From: Sedimentisphaerales bacterium
GTDB taxonomy: Bacteria; Planctomycetota; Phycisphaerae; Sedimentisphaerales; SM23-30
Length of the DNA stretch: 64,000 bases
Direction of reading: 5' to 3'
Assembly: GCA_963663805.2 (NCBI GenBank)
Contig: CAXXMR010000027.1
Coordinates: forward strand, 1 to 64,000
Below the pieces are notes generated by a model. It ran no database searches and was not told the DNA's origin. It saw nothing but the letters and a program-made list of their open reading frames with translations. The position numbers were made by a program, and so were the translations under genes. This document shows, in pieces, positions 1 to 10,170 of the stretch. The stretch's first letter is position 1; each line of letters opens with the position of its first letter.

Positions 1-467
1 ATGAAGCGCGATGTTCTTCGGTACGGTCTATTTGGGTCGGCAGATTGCGGCGAGTACCTTGATGCCCTTTTTTACGGCCAAACTTTTTGCCGCGTTTTTT
101 ATCTGTTTTGTTCGGCTTGACAAAAACCGGCTTCTGACCTGAGGGACACGAAGGATCAGCCGGACTGCCGGCAACTAACGTACCTTGTGTTTTTTCCGCT
201 GCCAGTTTCGACAGTCTCAGCAAAACAAAAACCACCGCCTCTCTGCCTTGCTCGTAAATAAGCTCAGCCTGCTCCGCAGTCAATTCCTGCTCTAAGGCCA
301 GGTCGGCGATAGCCTGTTCAGCATTCGGCTTCATCATGCTGAAACTATAAACCATTACACGCAATAGCGCAAATTACCCATCTTAACATTTTGAAGTTTT
401 TTTGTCTTTTTTTTGCACAAGCCAACCCAAAAGCTATAGAATTTGCTTCACTTGGCTAAAATGTTAC
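1..467 (-). mobile_element. IS66-family element (single-ORF type), partial copy running off the left window edge; transposase 5' part at <1..364
   Basis: Near-identical to 46665..47132 of the complete copy; ends in the terminal repeat TGCTTCACTTGGCTAAAATGTTAC at 467. Confidence 0.9.
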
Positions 468-819
468 TCGCAAAGCAATATTTGGTAAGTTGCGAAAGGA
501 AATAGGTGCGATATTGCGAGAATTGTGCCGCCAATATGGGATAGAGCTTATAGAAGGTAACGCCATGGCAGACCATATTCATATGCTCCTGAGCGTTCCG
601 CCCAAGTACAGCATCGCTATGACCATCGGTTATCTCAAAGGTAAAAGTGCCATCCGGATTTCTCGTGATCTGATGCGTACCAAAGGCACTCTCTTTGGCC
701 GCAGTTTTTGGTCTCGCGGTTATTGTGTAAGTACCGTTGGTCTTGATGAAGCCCATATTCGTAAGTACATTCAAGATCAGGACAAGCATGAGCAAAATAT
801 TGAAAAAGGATTAGACTAA
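468..819 (+). pseudogene. tnpA: IS200/IS605-family Y1 transposase TnpA, 5' end displaced by the IS66 insertion
   Basis: HUH motif DHIHML, LKGKSA, FWSRGY and YIQDQ are present; the frame begins immediately at the IS66 end (RKAIFGKLRKEIG). Confidence 0.85.
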
Positions 820-826
820 CTGTAAT

Positions 827-872
827 GGCCCCTTTTAGGGGCCTTCCTCATACCACCGGCTCTGCCGGTGGT
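827..872 (+). repeat. IS200 right-end hairpins
   Basis: GGCCCC-TTTTA-GGGGCC and ACCACCGGC-TCT-GCCGGTGGT lie directly after the tnpA stop. Confidence 0.7.
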
Positions 873-934
873 CATTGATTGGAAGTCCAACTCCAAAATT
901 AGTCGTCAATTGTTAAAATTGGCTGAACGCTTAC

Positions 935-1055
935 AAATAGGATGGTTAATAGCGTGGCAGCCGGTAGGCAGTACCACACAAGGGTTATCATCCATCTGCC
1001 GCAAATGCTGATAAACAGTATCCACGGCTTCCTGTTGGTAAGATCTTAATCTCAT
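935..1055 (-). pseudogene. N-terminal fragment of a phage-type DEAD/DEAH helicase, cut by an IS66-like end
   Basis: Hand translation gives MRLRSYQQEAVDTVYQHLRQMDDNPCVVLPTGCHA (Q-motif and start of Walker A). It is followed by GTAAGCGTTCAGC (minus strand, 934..922), an IS66-type terminus. Confidence 0.65.
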
Positions 1056-1137
1056 AATATGCACCCTAAAATCTTCTTAAGTATCGTGTTATAAGGCAGA
1101 TAAGTTTTTTTGATTCCATACTTGCCATACAGCCTAT

Positions 1138-1353
1138 ATGTTGTATAATGCAGTAATGAATGGTAAAGAGGTTCTAAAACTACTGAAGAAAAACGGCTGG
1201 CAGCTTGACCGGGTCAGTGGCAGTCACCACATCCTGGCCAAAGGCAACCAAACGATTACGGTGCCGGTTCACGGCTCGGCTGACCTCAAAACCGGCACTT
1301 TGAAAGCTATCTTTAAGCAAGCCGGACTAAAAAACACCGGCGGGAGTAAATAA
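1138..1353 (+). CDS. hicA: HicA-family mRNA interferase toxin (start probably ATG 1156)
   Basis: LKKNGW..RVSGSHH..ITVPVHGSADLKTGTLKAI is the HicA signature. Confidence 0.9.
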   Translation: MLYNAVMNGKEVLKLLKKNGWQLDRVSGSHHILAKGNQTITVPVHGSADLKTGTLKAIFKQAGLKNTGGSK

Positions 1354-1355
1354 CA

Positions 1356-1772
1356 ATGGAATACTATGCTATGTTGGAACCGGCCCCGGAAGGCGGCTAT
1401 GTGGTAACTTTTCCCGATGTGCCGGGTGCTGTTACTGAAGGTGACACTCTGGACGAGGCTCTGGCTAATGCCGCCGAGGCCTTGAACGGAGTTATTGAAA
1501 GCAGATTTGAACGTGGCTATACCTTGCCTCAGTCCAAAGTGCGTCGAGGCAAGAAATATCATGCAGTTGAAGTTTCGCCTCGGATAGCCATCGCCTGGGA
1601 ACTGCGACATGCCCGCGGCAAACGCAGTCAAAGCGAAGTTGCCAAGAAACTCAACATTTCCCAGCAGGCCTATTGCAAGCTGGAAAACCCACGTACCTGT
1701 AATCCGACGGTGCGCACTCTGGAGAAAATCACGACTATTCTCGATAAAAGACTTCATATTGAGTTGGGTTAA
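1356..1772 (+). CDS. hicB: HicB-family antitoxin with C-terminal Xre HTH
   Basis: GGYVVTFPDVPGAVTEGDTLDEA motif plus a C-terminal HTH (SQSEVAKKLNISQQAYCKLE); follows hicA by 2 nt. Confidence 0.9.
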   Translation: MEYYAMLEPAPEGGYVVTFPDVPGAVTEGDTLDEALANAAEALNGVIESRFERGYTLPQSKVRRGKKYHAVEVSPRIAIAWELRHARGKRSQSEVAKKLNISQQAYCKLENPRTCNPTVRTLEKITTILDKRLHIELG

Positions 1773-1777
1773 TTCCT

Positions 1778-1918
1778 TTAAAAAGTCACCACGGTAGTTA
1801 GGGCAGCAGCTGCCAGCCAGTAAATCACCTTCCGCCAGTCGCTGCCCAGGTACATTACCGAGGCGGCCAGGTCCAAAAATATGAGTAGCAGGGGGAATAT
1901 TTGAGTCTTATCTATCAT
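1778..1918 (-). CDS. Small membrane protein, phage-like (46 aa, not in ORF track)
   Basis: MIDKTQIFPLLLIFLDLAASVMYLGSDWRKVIYWLAAAALTTVVTF; ATGA overlap with the stop of the upstream ORF. Confidence 0.55.
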   Translation of the reverse strand: MIDKTQIFPLLLIFLDLAASVMYLGSDWRKVIYWLAAAALTTVVTF

Positions 1919-2236
1919 TTGTTCCTCTTGATTTCGTATGCGAATAAAGATTTGGGTTTACCGTTAATAATCTCTGCGTCGCCTTCTTCTACGGCCTTTC
2001 TGAGTCGATAAGAGTAAGGCCTGTCCACGGTTAAGCTGCGCGGGTGATAAAGTTTGTCCTGCCATCGGACATGCTTTGTCGGCGGGGTATCCCTGACATA
2101 CTGAAAATTAGCGGCCCGGTAACAGGTACCGACATGGCCCACGGTCTGATCGGAGAAGGTGTAAATCATGCCGATGTCGGTGTTCTTTCTGAGCCACCAG
2201 ATAATCTTGGCCAGGAAATAACTGGCGGTATTCTGA
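1915..2236 (-). pseudogene. Mom-like (GNAT-fold) DNA-modification protein, 5'-truncated by IS21
   Basis: The frame is open up to the IS end: NTASYFLAKIIWWLRKNTDIGMIYTFSDQTVGHVGTCYRAANF, resembling the phage Mu Mom family pattern D-x3-GH-x-G-x2-Y-x-A-x-NF. Confidence 0.6.
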
Positions 2237-2372
2237 TGGTGATTAGCATTGAAAATGGAGCCAGATTTGCGGGTTTTCTCTTCTGAAAAAGCATCGAAAA
2301 AGGAGCCACTGTAAAAGGCCGATAAGATGTGTTTAAGATACGTAACATTTTAGACACAGGAGGCTTAGAAAG

Positions 2373-3860
2373 GTGCTTACAGTGGAGCATTATGAGATTA
2401 TCAGACGTAAAGTTCGTGATGGGATATCGCAACGTGAGGTTGCCCTGGAGCTGGGGCATTCGCGTAACACGGTGGCCAAGGCCCTGAAAAATCCGATTCC
2501 GCCGGGCTATCGGCTCAGTCAGCCGCGGGTCAAGGCTGTCATGGATCCCTTCGCGCACATTATTGACACCTGGCTGGAATCTGACAAAAAGGTTCGGCGT
2601 AAGCAGCGGATGCAGGCGACCAAAATGTATCAGCGGCTTTGTGACGAGTATGGTTTCACCGGTCATTACAGCACTGTCCAGCGGTATATCAAGGAAGCGA
2701 GTAATCGCCAAAAAGAAGCTTACCTGCCGTTAGCGTTTGAGTTTGGCGAAGAAGCCCAGGTTGACTGGCATGAAGCTAACATTAAAGAAAACGGCAGGGA
2801 GAAGAAGGTCTACGTTTTTTGCATGAAGCTGTGCTGTTCTAAGGCTCCTTTTGTTTGTGCTTACGAGAGCATGAAGATCGAATGTTTTCTTGACGGCCAT
2901 GTCCGGGCGTTTGAATATTTCGGCGGCGTGCCCAAACGCATTGCTTACGACAATTTAAAAACTGCGGTTCTAAAGGTTCTCAAAAAAGGCAAGCGTCGGC
3001 TCAACCGCAAATTCGTAGAGCTTAAGAGTTGGTATTTGTTTGACACTCGTTTTTGCAATGTCGCTAAAGGTAATGAAAAAGGCGATGTCGAGAATCTCGC
3101 CAAGCGAAGTGAAAGGCAGTTCTTCTCTCCGGTTCCGAGAGTTACCGATATGGCTCAGCTGAATGAGATGCTGATTGCTCAGTGTATCAAAGAACTGGAT
3201 CGCCAGGGCCCTGCACCTCATACGAATAAAACCATTGGCGATTTATTTGCGGAAGAGAAAACACATTTATACGAACTGCCTGAGCAGAAGTTTGAAGCCT
3301 GTCGTCGAATATCCACCTTTGCGGACAAACAGCTTACAGTACGGGTTGATACTAACCGGTATTCGGTGCCGACGGAGTATGCCTATCAATCTTGCCAGGT
3401 CAAGGTATTCGTTGACCGGGTTGACCTGTTCTATAAAAATGAGCTGGTTGCCTCGCATTCCAGATGTTACGATAAAGACCAGTATATCCTGGATCCGCTG
3501 CATTATATCAAACTTTTAGAGCGTAAGCCCGGTTCGCTGGATAATGCTCGGCCATTCAAGGGCCAGCCCTGGGGCGAAGATTTCACCTTGATGCGAACAG
3601 AGCTTGAATATCGATACGGCAGTGAAGGGACCGGTAAATACATCAACATCCTGCTGCTCTTTATCAGGCATCCGCAAAAAGAAGTTGAACATGCCGTTGG
3701 TGTTTGTGTCAAGTGCCGGGCGTTCAGCGATGAAGCGGTGGAAAGCTTTTTACGTAACGGCTCACAATTGAACCTTGCCGGCAATCAAGTCCTGGTAAAC
3801 CAAGGCGATGGCAAACGCAATCTCGATGTTTATAACCAGTTGGCCGGGGAGGTAGCATGA
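2373..3860 (+). CDS. istA: IS21 transposase IstA
   Basis: N-terminal HTH; GEEAQVDW, YDNLKTAV and NEKGDVE DDE motifs. Confidence 0.95.
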   Translation: MLTVEHYEIIRRKVRDGISQREVALELGHSRNTVAKALKNPIPPGYRLSQPRVKAVMDPFAHIIDTWLESDKKVRRKQRMQATKMYQRLCDEYGFTGHYSTVQRYIKEASNRQKEAYLPLAFEFGEEAQVDWHEANIKENGREKKVYVFCMKLCCSKAPFVCAYESMKIECFLDGHVRAFEYFGGVPKRIAYDNLKTAVLKVLKKGKRRLNRKFVELKSWYLFDTRFCNVAKGNEKGDVENLAKRSERQFFSPVPRVTDMAQLNEMLIAQCIKELDRQGPAPHTNKTIGDLFAEEKTHLYELPEQKFEACRRISTFADKQLTVRVDTNRYSVPTEYAYQSCQVKVFVDRVDLFYKNELVASHSRCYDKDQYILDPLHYIKLLERKPGSLDNARPFKGQPWGEDFTLMRTELEYRYGSEGTGKYINILLLFIRHPQKEVEHAVGVCVKCRAFSDEAVESFLRNGSQLNLAGNQVLVNQGDGKRNLDVYNQLAGEVA

Positions 3861-4621
3861 AAGATCAAATGGTTTTATTAAAAAGCTATCTCAAGACCCT
3901 GAAGCTTCCGACAATTCAAAAAGAGTATCAGACAATTGCCCGGGCATCCGCCCAGGCAAACGAATCCTATGAAAGTTACCTGCAAAGACTGGCCGAAATC
4001 GAAGTCTTTCATCGACAGTCGCAGGCCATCGCCAGGAGATTGAAACAGGCAAACTTCCCCATGACTAAGGAACTTGAAAGTTTTGATTTTATGGCCGTGC
4101 CGCAGATAAATAAAAAACAGATTATCGACCTTTCGATGTGCGGCTTTATCGACCGCCGCAGTAATATCGTCTTTACCGGCCCGCCGGGCGTGGGTAAAAG
4201 TCATCTGGCCATCGCCCTCGGCCGGGAAGCCTGCCGACGAGGTTATAAAGTGCGGTTTTTTACCGCTGCTGAACTGGTTAATACGTATCTCGAAGCCCGA
4301 CAGGAAAGAGCGGTGTTGAAATTAGAGAGCTATATAAAAAAATGCGACCTGATCATCATCGATGAACTGGGCTATGTCCCGTTCGACCGTATCGGAGCGG
4401 AACATCTGTTCGGCTTTTTCAGCCAGTGCTATGAACAAACCAGCCTGATCGTAACAACGAATCTGCCATTCGCCGATTGGCCCCAGGTCTTTGGCGATGA
4501 TGAAAGATTAGCCGGTGCTCTGCTGGACCGACTGACCCACCATGTGAGCGTGGTCGAAATCATAACCGACAGCTGGCGACTTAACCAGAGTTTAGAGAAA
4601 AAACGGAAAAAAGAAGGCTAA
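3857..4621 (+). CDS. istB: IS21 helper ATPase IstB
   Basis: Walker A GPPGVGKS, Walker B IIIDELGY, LLDRLTHH. Confidence 0.95.
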   Translation: MKDQMVLLKSYLKTLKLPTIQKEYQTIARASAQANESYESYLQRLAEIEVFHRQSQAIARRLKQANFPMTKELESFDFMAVPQINKKQIIDLSMCGFIDRRSNIVFTGPPGVGKSHLAIALGREACRRGYKVRFFTAAELVNTYLEARQERAVLKLESYIKKCDLIIIDELGYVPFDRIGAEHLFGFFSQCYEQTSLIVTTNLPFADWPQVFGDDERLAGALLDRLTHHVSVVEIITDSWRLNQSLEKKRKKEG

Positions 4622-5073
4622 GAAAGCCTCAATCCAACGAAAAAGGACCAGAATCCCTATTGACAACGCCGAAATCGGCGTTATTTTACTAACCTAAGTG
4701 GCTCAGATTTCGATGCAAATCTGGCTCCATTTTCAATACTAATCACCAATCCTGTCATCCCACCTAAAATTCTTTGCCGTTGCCGTAAAACTCTTGCCTC
4801 GTGCCTCTTGGGCGTGTTGCCCAAACAGGAATCGAGCTGCGTAAGCAGCCGGATACGACCACCAACAACAGGAACCGAGCCGCGTAAGCGACCGAATAAA
4901 ACCACCAACCATCACATCTAACCCCAACCACCCTTTTTGTCAAAACTATACTATATGATACTCTTTGGAGGAAAATAGCCCGAAAAAGGTGATATAGTAT
5001 AGTTGTGTTTCGCCAAAAAACGAAAAAACGTCAAAAAATCGAGGAAAACGCATTTTTTTTTCCACCCAAAAAA

Positions 5074-6522
5074 CAATCCTGTTCGGCACATTTATTGCTT
5101 TAGGCTTTTGGCCTCCTGTATTTTTTTAAAAAAAAACCCGAAATGTTAAGATGGGTAATTTGCGCTCGAGGGATATTTATGCTCTAATAGGAGGCATGAG
5201 TGCTAAGCGTCAGAAAATCAAGGAGCGGGACCTGCGTGGGTTCAAGTATTTCAAGTCCCTCTCGGCTCTGCTGAAAGGTCTTCACTCGGCGGGATGTGAG
5301 CGGGACCGGGCCGGCAATCGCACATTATTCATGGACCAGTATGTCAGTCTGCTGCTGTTATACATGTTCAATCCGATCTGCAGTTCCATCCGGTCTTTGC
5401 AGCAGGCCGGCGAGCTCAAAAAGGTACAGCGGCTGTTGGGTTGTTCGCGTGCTTCGCTGGGTTCGCTTTCGGAAGCATCCCGGGTTTTTGAGAGTTCTTT
5501 GTTAGAGCCGATAATCGCTCAACTCACTGAGCAGTTAGGGCCGATATCTCAGGACAAAAAACTGGAAGTCGGTCAGGTCATTACCCTGGTGGACGGCAGC
5601 AGTATTCAGGCTTTGCAAAAACTCACTCAGGCTGCCTGGGACACCGACAAACCCGGAATTAAAGCACACACTCAGTTTGATCTGGAAAAATATGTGCCTC
5701 TGAAAATAAATATCAGTGAAGACAAGTCTGATGAGCGAAAGGTTTTTTTAGAGAATCTTCAGCCCGGCCGGATTTATGTCAATGATCGCGGATATGCCTG
5801 TTTTAAGCTGTTTCAGGCCATTGTGGATAGTAAAAGCTCTTTTGTCTGTCGGCTGCGTGAGGATACGGTTTACGAAACTATTCAGGAAAAACCTTTAACT
5901 GAAGATGCTCGAAAAGCGGGGATAATTTTTGATCGTACGGTAATCGCCGGCAGCAGTGAAAAACTGCGGGAAGATTTCAAACAACCGTTACGCCTGATAG
6001 CGGTTGAATGTCAACCGCATTTGAAACGGGGCCAGGGACCACGTCAGAGTGAGATGATTTTGATTGCCACCGACCGGCTGGACCTGGACGCCGAAGTCAT
6101 TGCCCTGCTCTATCAGAAACGCTGGGCCATCGAAATATTTTTCCGCTTTTTTAAGCATGTGCTGGGCTGCCGACATCTGCTAAGCCTCTGCGAAAACGGT
6201 ATCGAACTACAGATGTACGCCGCGATTATCGCCTGTATGCTGATCAGCCTGTGGACGGGCAAAAAACCAACTTTAAGAACCTACGAAATGCTCTGCTGGC
6301 ACCTCTGCGGCATGGCCGACGAGCAAGAAATGCAGAACCATATCAATAAACTCCAAAGCCAAAACTAAGGCCGATCCTCAAAAAAATCGCCGCTGCCGCT
6401 GATGCTGCGCCAAAATAACCAGTGCCGACAGTCCCACTGAGGGATAATCCCCGCTAAATCATATGAACTGCAAAGACCACAGAAAAACTGTATTTGAGCA
6501 ATAAATGTGCCGAACAGGATTG
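5074..6522 (+). mobile_element. IS4-family element (1449 bp)
   Basis: Perfect 26-bp IR CAATCCTGTTCGGCACATTTATTGCT; 9-bp target duplication CCCAAAAAA at 5065..5073 and 6523..6531. Confidence 0.92.
5151..6368 (+). CDS. IS4-family DDE transposase
   Basis: LVDGS, NDRGY and YQKRWAIEIFFRFFK (YREK motif). Confidence 0.92.
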   Translation: MGNLRSRDIYALIGGMSAKRQKIKERDLRGFKYFKSLSALLKGLHSAGCERDRAGNRTLFMDQYVSLLLLYMFNPICSSIRSLQQAGELKKVQRLLGCSRASLGSLSEASRVFESSLLEPIIAQLTEQLGPISQDKKLEVGQVITLVDGSSIQALQKLTQAAWDTDKPGIKAHTQFDLEKYVPLKINISEDKSDERKVFLENLQPGRIYVNDRGYACFKLFQAIVDSKSSFVCRLREDTVYETIQEKPLTEDARKAGIIFDRTVIAGSSEKLREDFKQPLRLIAVECQPHLKRGQGPRQSEMILIATDRLDLDAEVIALLYQKRWAIEIFFRFFKHVLGCRHLLSLCENGIELQMYAAIIACMLISLWTGKKPTLRTYEMLCWHLCGMADEQEMQNHINKLQSQN

Positions 6523-6795
6523 CCCAAAAAACCCAAAAAACACGAAAAAATCACCATTTAAAGGCAAAATCGCGCTGTCCCCCAACCAGTCAACCCTTAT
6601 AAAATAAAGACTTACAAGCCATCCCCTCCCGGTTCCACCCGCAAAAAAACACTTTTTTTAATTTTTTCAAAAATAAAATAAGGACTTACAACACTTTGTC
6701 GCAAAAGGTTCGGCTTGACGTGGGAGAATATAAATGTGTAAGATTGTCGGTGTTCGTTAATCTATATCCTTGATGTCAGAAAACGGAGCAGAGCC

Positions 6796-7266
6796 ATGGC
6801 GAAATTTAAGAAGATATTGTGCCCTACGGATTTTTCGGAACATAGTACTGTCGCGATTGAATATGTTAAGGAATTAGCGGTAAAGTTTGGGGGGAGCGTG
6901 CATTGTGTACATGTTGTGGACGATTCTTACCAGTATTGGCTGGGGGCGGGGGAGAATGCTGTGCCTATTGTAGCGGTTGAGCAGGATTTGGTTAGTTCTT
7001 CAGAAATGAACCTGACAGAGTATGTTAAGAAAAAATTTGCTGATTTTAAGGGTGATTTGCAAGCCAAGGTTCTTAGTGGTCGGCCTTTTGTGGAGATAAT
7101 TCGGTATGCGCAGGCCGAAAATATTGATGTTATTGTGATGGGTACGCATGGCCATGGTGCTATCGCGTCGATGCTGCTGGGGAGTGTGACTGAAAAAGTG
7201 GTCCGCAAAGCACCCTGTCCGGTCCTGACAGTTCGTCACCCGGAACATAAATTTGAAATGCCCTAA
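6796..7266 (+). CDS. Universal stress protein (UspA family)
   Basis: FKKILCPTDFS and DVIVMGTHGHG..LLGSVTEKVVRKAPCPVLTV. Confidence 0.95.
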   Translation: MAKFKKILCPTDFSEHSTVAIEYVKELAVKFGGSVHCVHVVDDSYQYWLGAGENAVPIVAVEQDLVSSSEMNLTEYVKKKFADFKGDLQAKVLSGRPFVEIIRYAQAENIDVIVMGTHGHGAIASMLLGSVTEKVVRKAPCPVLTVRHPEHKFEMP

Positions 7267-7431
7267 AGAAGATAAAACAGAATTTTTGAATTTGCGGATG
7301 CGTCCTGATGATATGATTATTTGGGCTGGACCGGTCTGAATGCGGCAGTTATAATCAACCCTTTGAAAAACTGTGAACAATAGAAATTCTTCGCTGAGGC
7401 GAGGGGTAACCCCTAATTTGAAAGGCGTATT

Positions 7432-8664
7432 ATGAAGTTTATGAAGTATTTTCTGGTTTTGGCGATATTGAGTGTCGGCGTGGCCTGGGCAGATGAGGCC
7501 GCCAAAACTGATAGCGTCTGTCCAGCGACCAAAGCTGAATGTGACAAAGCCGCATCGTGTCAGAAGTCCGAAGCCAAGGGGTGTCCTGTCTCTCAAGATG
7601 ACAAGGCTGTCTGCTGTGCCGACAAAGCTCCAAGTGATGAATTGGCGGTCATCGTCAACGGAACCAAAATTACCGAAGGTGAAGTCGACAGTCAGGTTGA
7701 TGAGATGATGAACCGGGCGAGTCGTCCGGGCATGAATGATGAACAAAAAGCCAAGATGCGTGAGCAGGCTCGGAAGCGGGCTTTGGAAATGATGATAGAT
7801 GATGCTTTGCTTTCGCAGGCAGCGGCCAAGGCAAAGGTGGAATTGACCGATGCGGAAATTTCTGCCAAGATTGATGAGATGGTAGATATGACGTTGAAAA
7901 GCCGTAATATGACTCGTGAGCAGCTTGATGAGCAATTGCGTCAGAGCCCGTTGAAGATGGGGCTTGATGAACAAATAGAGAAGATTAAAGTGGATCCGAT
8001 GTTCCGCTCGCGGGTAATGCAGGAAAAGCTGGTGCGGGCAGAGAATGCGGATGCTTTGGCTGTTTCTGATGCCGATATTGCCGCAGCTTACGAGAAGATG
8101 GCTAGCCGTTTCTCGCAGCCGGAACAGGTCCGGGCCAGCCACATTCTGTTTAAGTTTGAGGATGGGGCAACTGATGAGCAAAAGGCTGAGCTGATGAAGA
8201 AGGCTGAGGAAGCCCTGGTCAAAGCCAAGGCTGAAGACGCTGATTTTGCGGCTTTGGCTAAGGAATACAGTGGGTGTCCTTCGAGCCAGAACGGTGGAGA
8301 TTTGAACTTCTTCGCGAAGGAACGTATGGTGCCGGAATTTTCCGAGGCGGCGTTCGCGATGAAAGTTGGTGATATTAGCGATATTGTGGAGACGCAGTTT
8401 GGCTATCATATTATCAAAGTTACCGACCGCAAGGAAGCTGCTACGCAGACGCTGGATGAAGTTAAGGACGAACTTAAGGGCGAGCTGGAAATGCGGAACT
8501 TGCAGACAGCGGTGCAGGGATATATGGATAAGCTCAAGGCCGACGCGAAAGTCGTTTACCCTGAGGGCAAATCCCCCGAAGCCGCTCAGGCGGTTCCGGT
8601 TGCCCCGGCCCCTGTGAAGGCGGAGGATGCGCCGAAAGCTGAGGAAAAGGTGGAAAAACCGTAA
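7432..8664 (+). CDS. Exported parvulin-type peptidyl-prolyl isomerase (SurA/PrsA-like)
   Basis: Signal peptide, SurA-N-like helical region, VRASHIL, FAALAKEYS..GGDL..MVPEF..ETQFGYHII. Confidence 0.92.
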   Translation: MKFMKYFLVLAILSVGVAWADEAAKTDSVCPATKAECDKAASCQKSEAKGCPVSQDDKAVCCADKAPSDELAVIVNGTKITEGEVDSQVDEMMNRASRPGMNDEQKAKMREQARKRALEMMIDDALLSQAAAKAKVELTDAEISAKIDEMVDMTLKSRNMTREQLDEQLRQSPLKMGLDEQIEKIKVDPMFRSRVMQEKLVRAENADALAVSDADIAAAYEKMASRFSQPEQVRASHILFKFEDGATDEQKAELMKKAEEALVKAKAEDADFAALAKEYSGCPSSQNGGDLNFFAKERMVPEFSEAAFAMKVGDISDIVETQFGYHIIKVTDRKEAATQTLDEVKDELKGELEMRNLQTAVQGYMDKLKADAKVVYPEGKSPEAAQAVPVAPAPVKAEDAPKAEEKVEKP

Positions 8665-8701
8665 GTGTTTGTGAAATAATAAAAAAAGACTGGTAATTGG
8701 C

Positions 8702-8730
8702 TTGACAGGTATTTGTCAGGCAGGTATATT
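8702..8730 (+). promoter_or_regulatory. Sigma70-type promoter of the tRNA gene
   Basis: TTGACA-17 nt-TATATT about 65 nt upstream of the tRNA. Confidence 0.7.
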
Positions 8731-8794
8731 ATCGCGTCTCGGTGGTAACAAGACCGGGACGCGAGCTTTTTTGTTCGATAAAACTAAATATGAT

Positions 8795-8868
<74 letters not shown>

Positions 8869-8880
8869 ATCCTTGGTAAT

Positions 8881-8915
8881 AAGGAACTTACGATAAAAAG
8901 TGAGTTCCTTTTTTT
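8881..8915 (+). terminator. Intrinsic terminator after the tRNA, supplied by element 1
   Basis: AAGGAACTTAC-loop-GTGAGTTCCTT followed by a T-run. Confidence 0.8.
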
Positions 8916-9009
8916 ATGGAAAAATTGCTCTGTGTGCACCATTTTGTGCACCACGCCATAGACAACATGGAACTCTGTATTGTAAAATTGGCTTATAGGA
9001 GTAATAACC

Positions 9010-10170
9010 ATGGCAAGTCTTTATAAAAGAAAAGGTATATACTACATAAAATACTATGTTGGTCCGACCATCGTCAGGCGAAGTCTCAAGACAGATTGTT
9101 ATCCAATTGCCAGAGAATTGCAGAGAAAATTTGAATCTTCAATGGCTCAAGGGCAAGATAATCCACTTCCAACCCGCACACCTTTACCGGAGATTCTATC
9201 TAAATATGTCCGGTACATAAGAGCCACCAAGACCCCCAAAAGCGCCCAGACCGATATATATTACCTGCGGTCCATGTTTGGGGAGATATGCCCGGAATTG
9301 GAAAACACCCGCAGGAGAGCCGGTCAGGGCGGCAAAAGGAAGAAAAATAAGAAATCACCGACGATAAGCAATACGATTATAGCCGCCTGTTTTGAGGAAG
9401 TGACAACCGCCCGAATATCTGAATTTATAGCCGATAGGGTCTTATCGAATGGACTAGCACCCAAAACGGCCAACCGATACCGGGAAATTTTATGCAGGTT
9501 ATATAATTGGGCTATGGTCGAAGGTGGGGTAAAAATGCCCAATGATAAGAACCCGGCCTCAAAAGTCAGAAAATATAAACTTAAAGCATCTGAAATATCG
9601 TTTCTTACCATCCCTCAAATTGATGAGCAGTTAAACGCCTTACGAAATACCCCTCAGATGCAAATTATGGTTGCTATGCTGATATATGCCGGGCTGAGGC
9701 GTGAGGAGCTTCTATGGCTCACCAGAGAAGATGTGGACTTGCGTAAAGGTATGATTTGGGTAAGGGCCAAGACCATAAATAAAGAGTTCTGGCAGCCCAA
9801 AAACAAGGTTAATCGAGTTGTACCGATAAGTCAGTCATTACATAGCTATTTGATACGATACATGCCCAAACCCTCGTTTGGTGGCTGGTATTTCCCCAGT
9901 CCCAAAGGCGTCCACTATGACCCGGACAATTTCAGCCGGGATTTACGGATACAGAACCGAGAAGCAAAACTAAAATGGTCCTGTCTTGATTTCAGGCATA
10001 CTTTCGGTAGTCAGTTGGCTATGAAGGGCATCAGCCTTTATAAAATCTCTAAATTAATGGGCAATTCCCCGGAAGTATGCAGGACGCATTATGCCGCTAT
10101 CATGCCGGAAAGCCTAGTTGATTGTGTGGATTTTAGCGATGACCACCATAAACCCAAAGTTATTAGGTAA
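9010..10170 (+). CDS. Tyrosine recombinase/integrase 1
   Basis: AGLRREE, PKNK, LDFRHTFGS, LMGNS and THY; sits next to the tRNA. Confidence 0.93.
   Translation: MASLYKRKGIYYIKYYVGPTIVRRSLKTDCYPIARELQRKFESSMAQGQDNPLPTRTPLPEILSKYVRYIRATKTPKSAQTDIYYLRSMFGEICPELENTRRRAGQGGKRKKNKKSPTISNTIIAACFEEVTTARISEFIADRVLSNGLAPKTANRYREILCRLYNWAMVEGGVKMPNDKNPASKVRKYKLKASEISFLTIPQIDEQLNALRNTPQMQIMVAMLIYAGLRREELLWLTREDVDLRKGMIWVRAKTINKEFWQPKNKVNRVVPISQSLHSYLIRYMPKPSFGGWYFPSPKGVHYDPDNFSRDLRIQNREAKLKWSCLDFRHTFGSQLAMKGISLYKISKLMGNSPEVCRTHYAAIMPESLVDCVDFSDDHHKPKVIR

Larger units (their letters stand above)
2237..4748 (+). mobile_element. IS21-family element, copy 1 (2512 bp)
   Basis: TG...CA ends with IR TGGTGATTAG(C/T)ATTGAAAATGGAGCCAGATTTGC; carries istA and istB; no matching target duplication. 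Confidence 0.95.

Noticed and set aside
4749..4930. Short repeats (GAGC(T/C)GCGTAAGC twice) and an ATCCTGT similar to the IS4 end
   Set aside because: Two degenerate copies with no regular spacers, so not CRISPR; the IS4 match is too short to call an element end.
7000..8409. 469-aa ORF on the minus strand
   Set aside because: Antisense shadow of the PPIase and Usp genes; no recognisable motifs.
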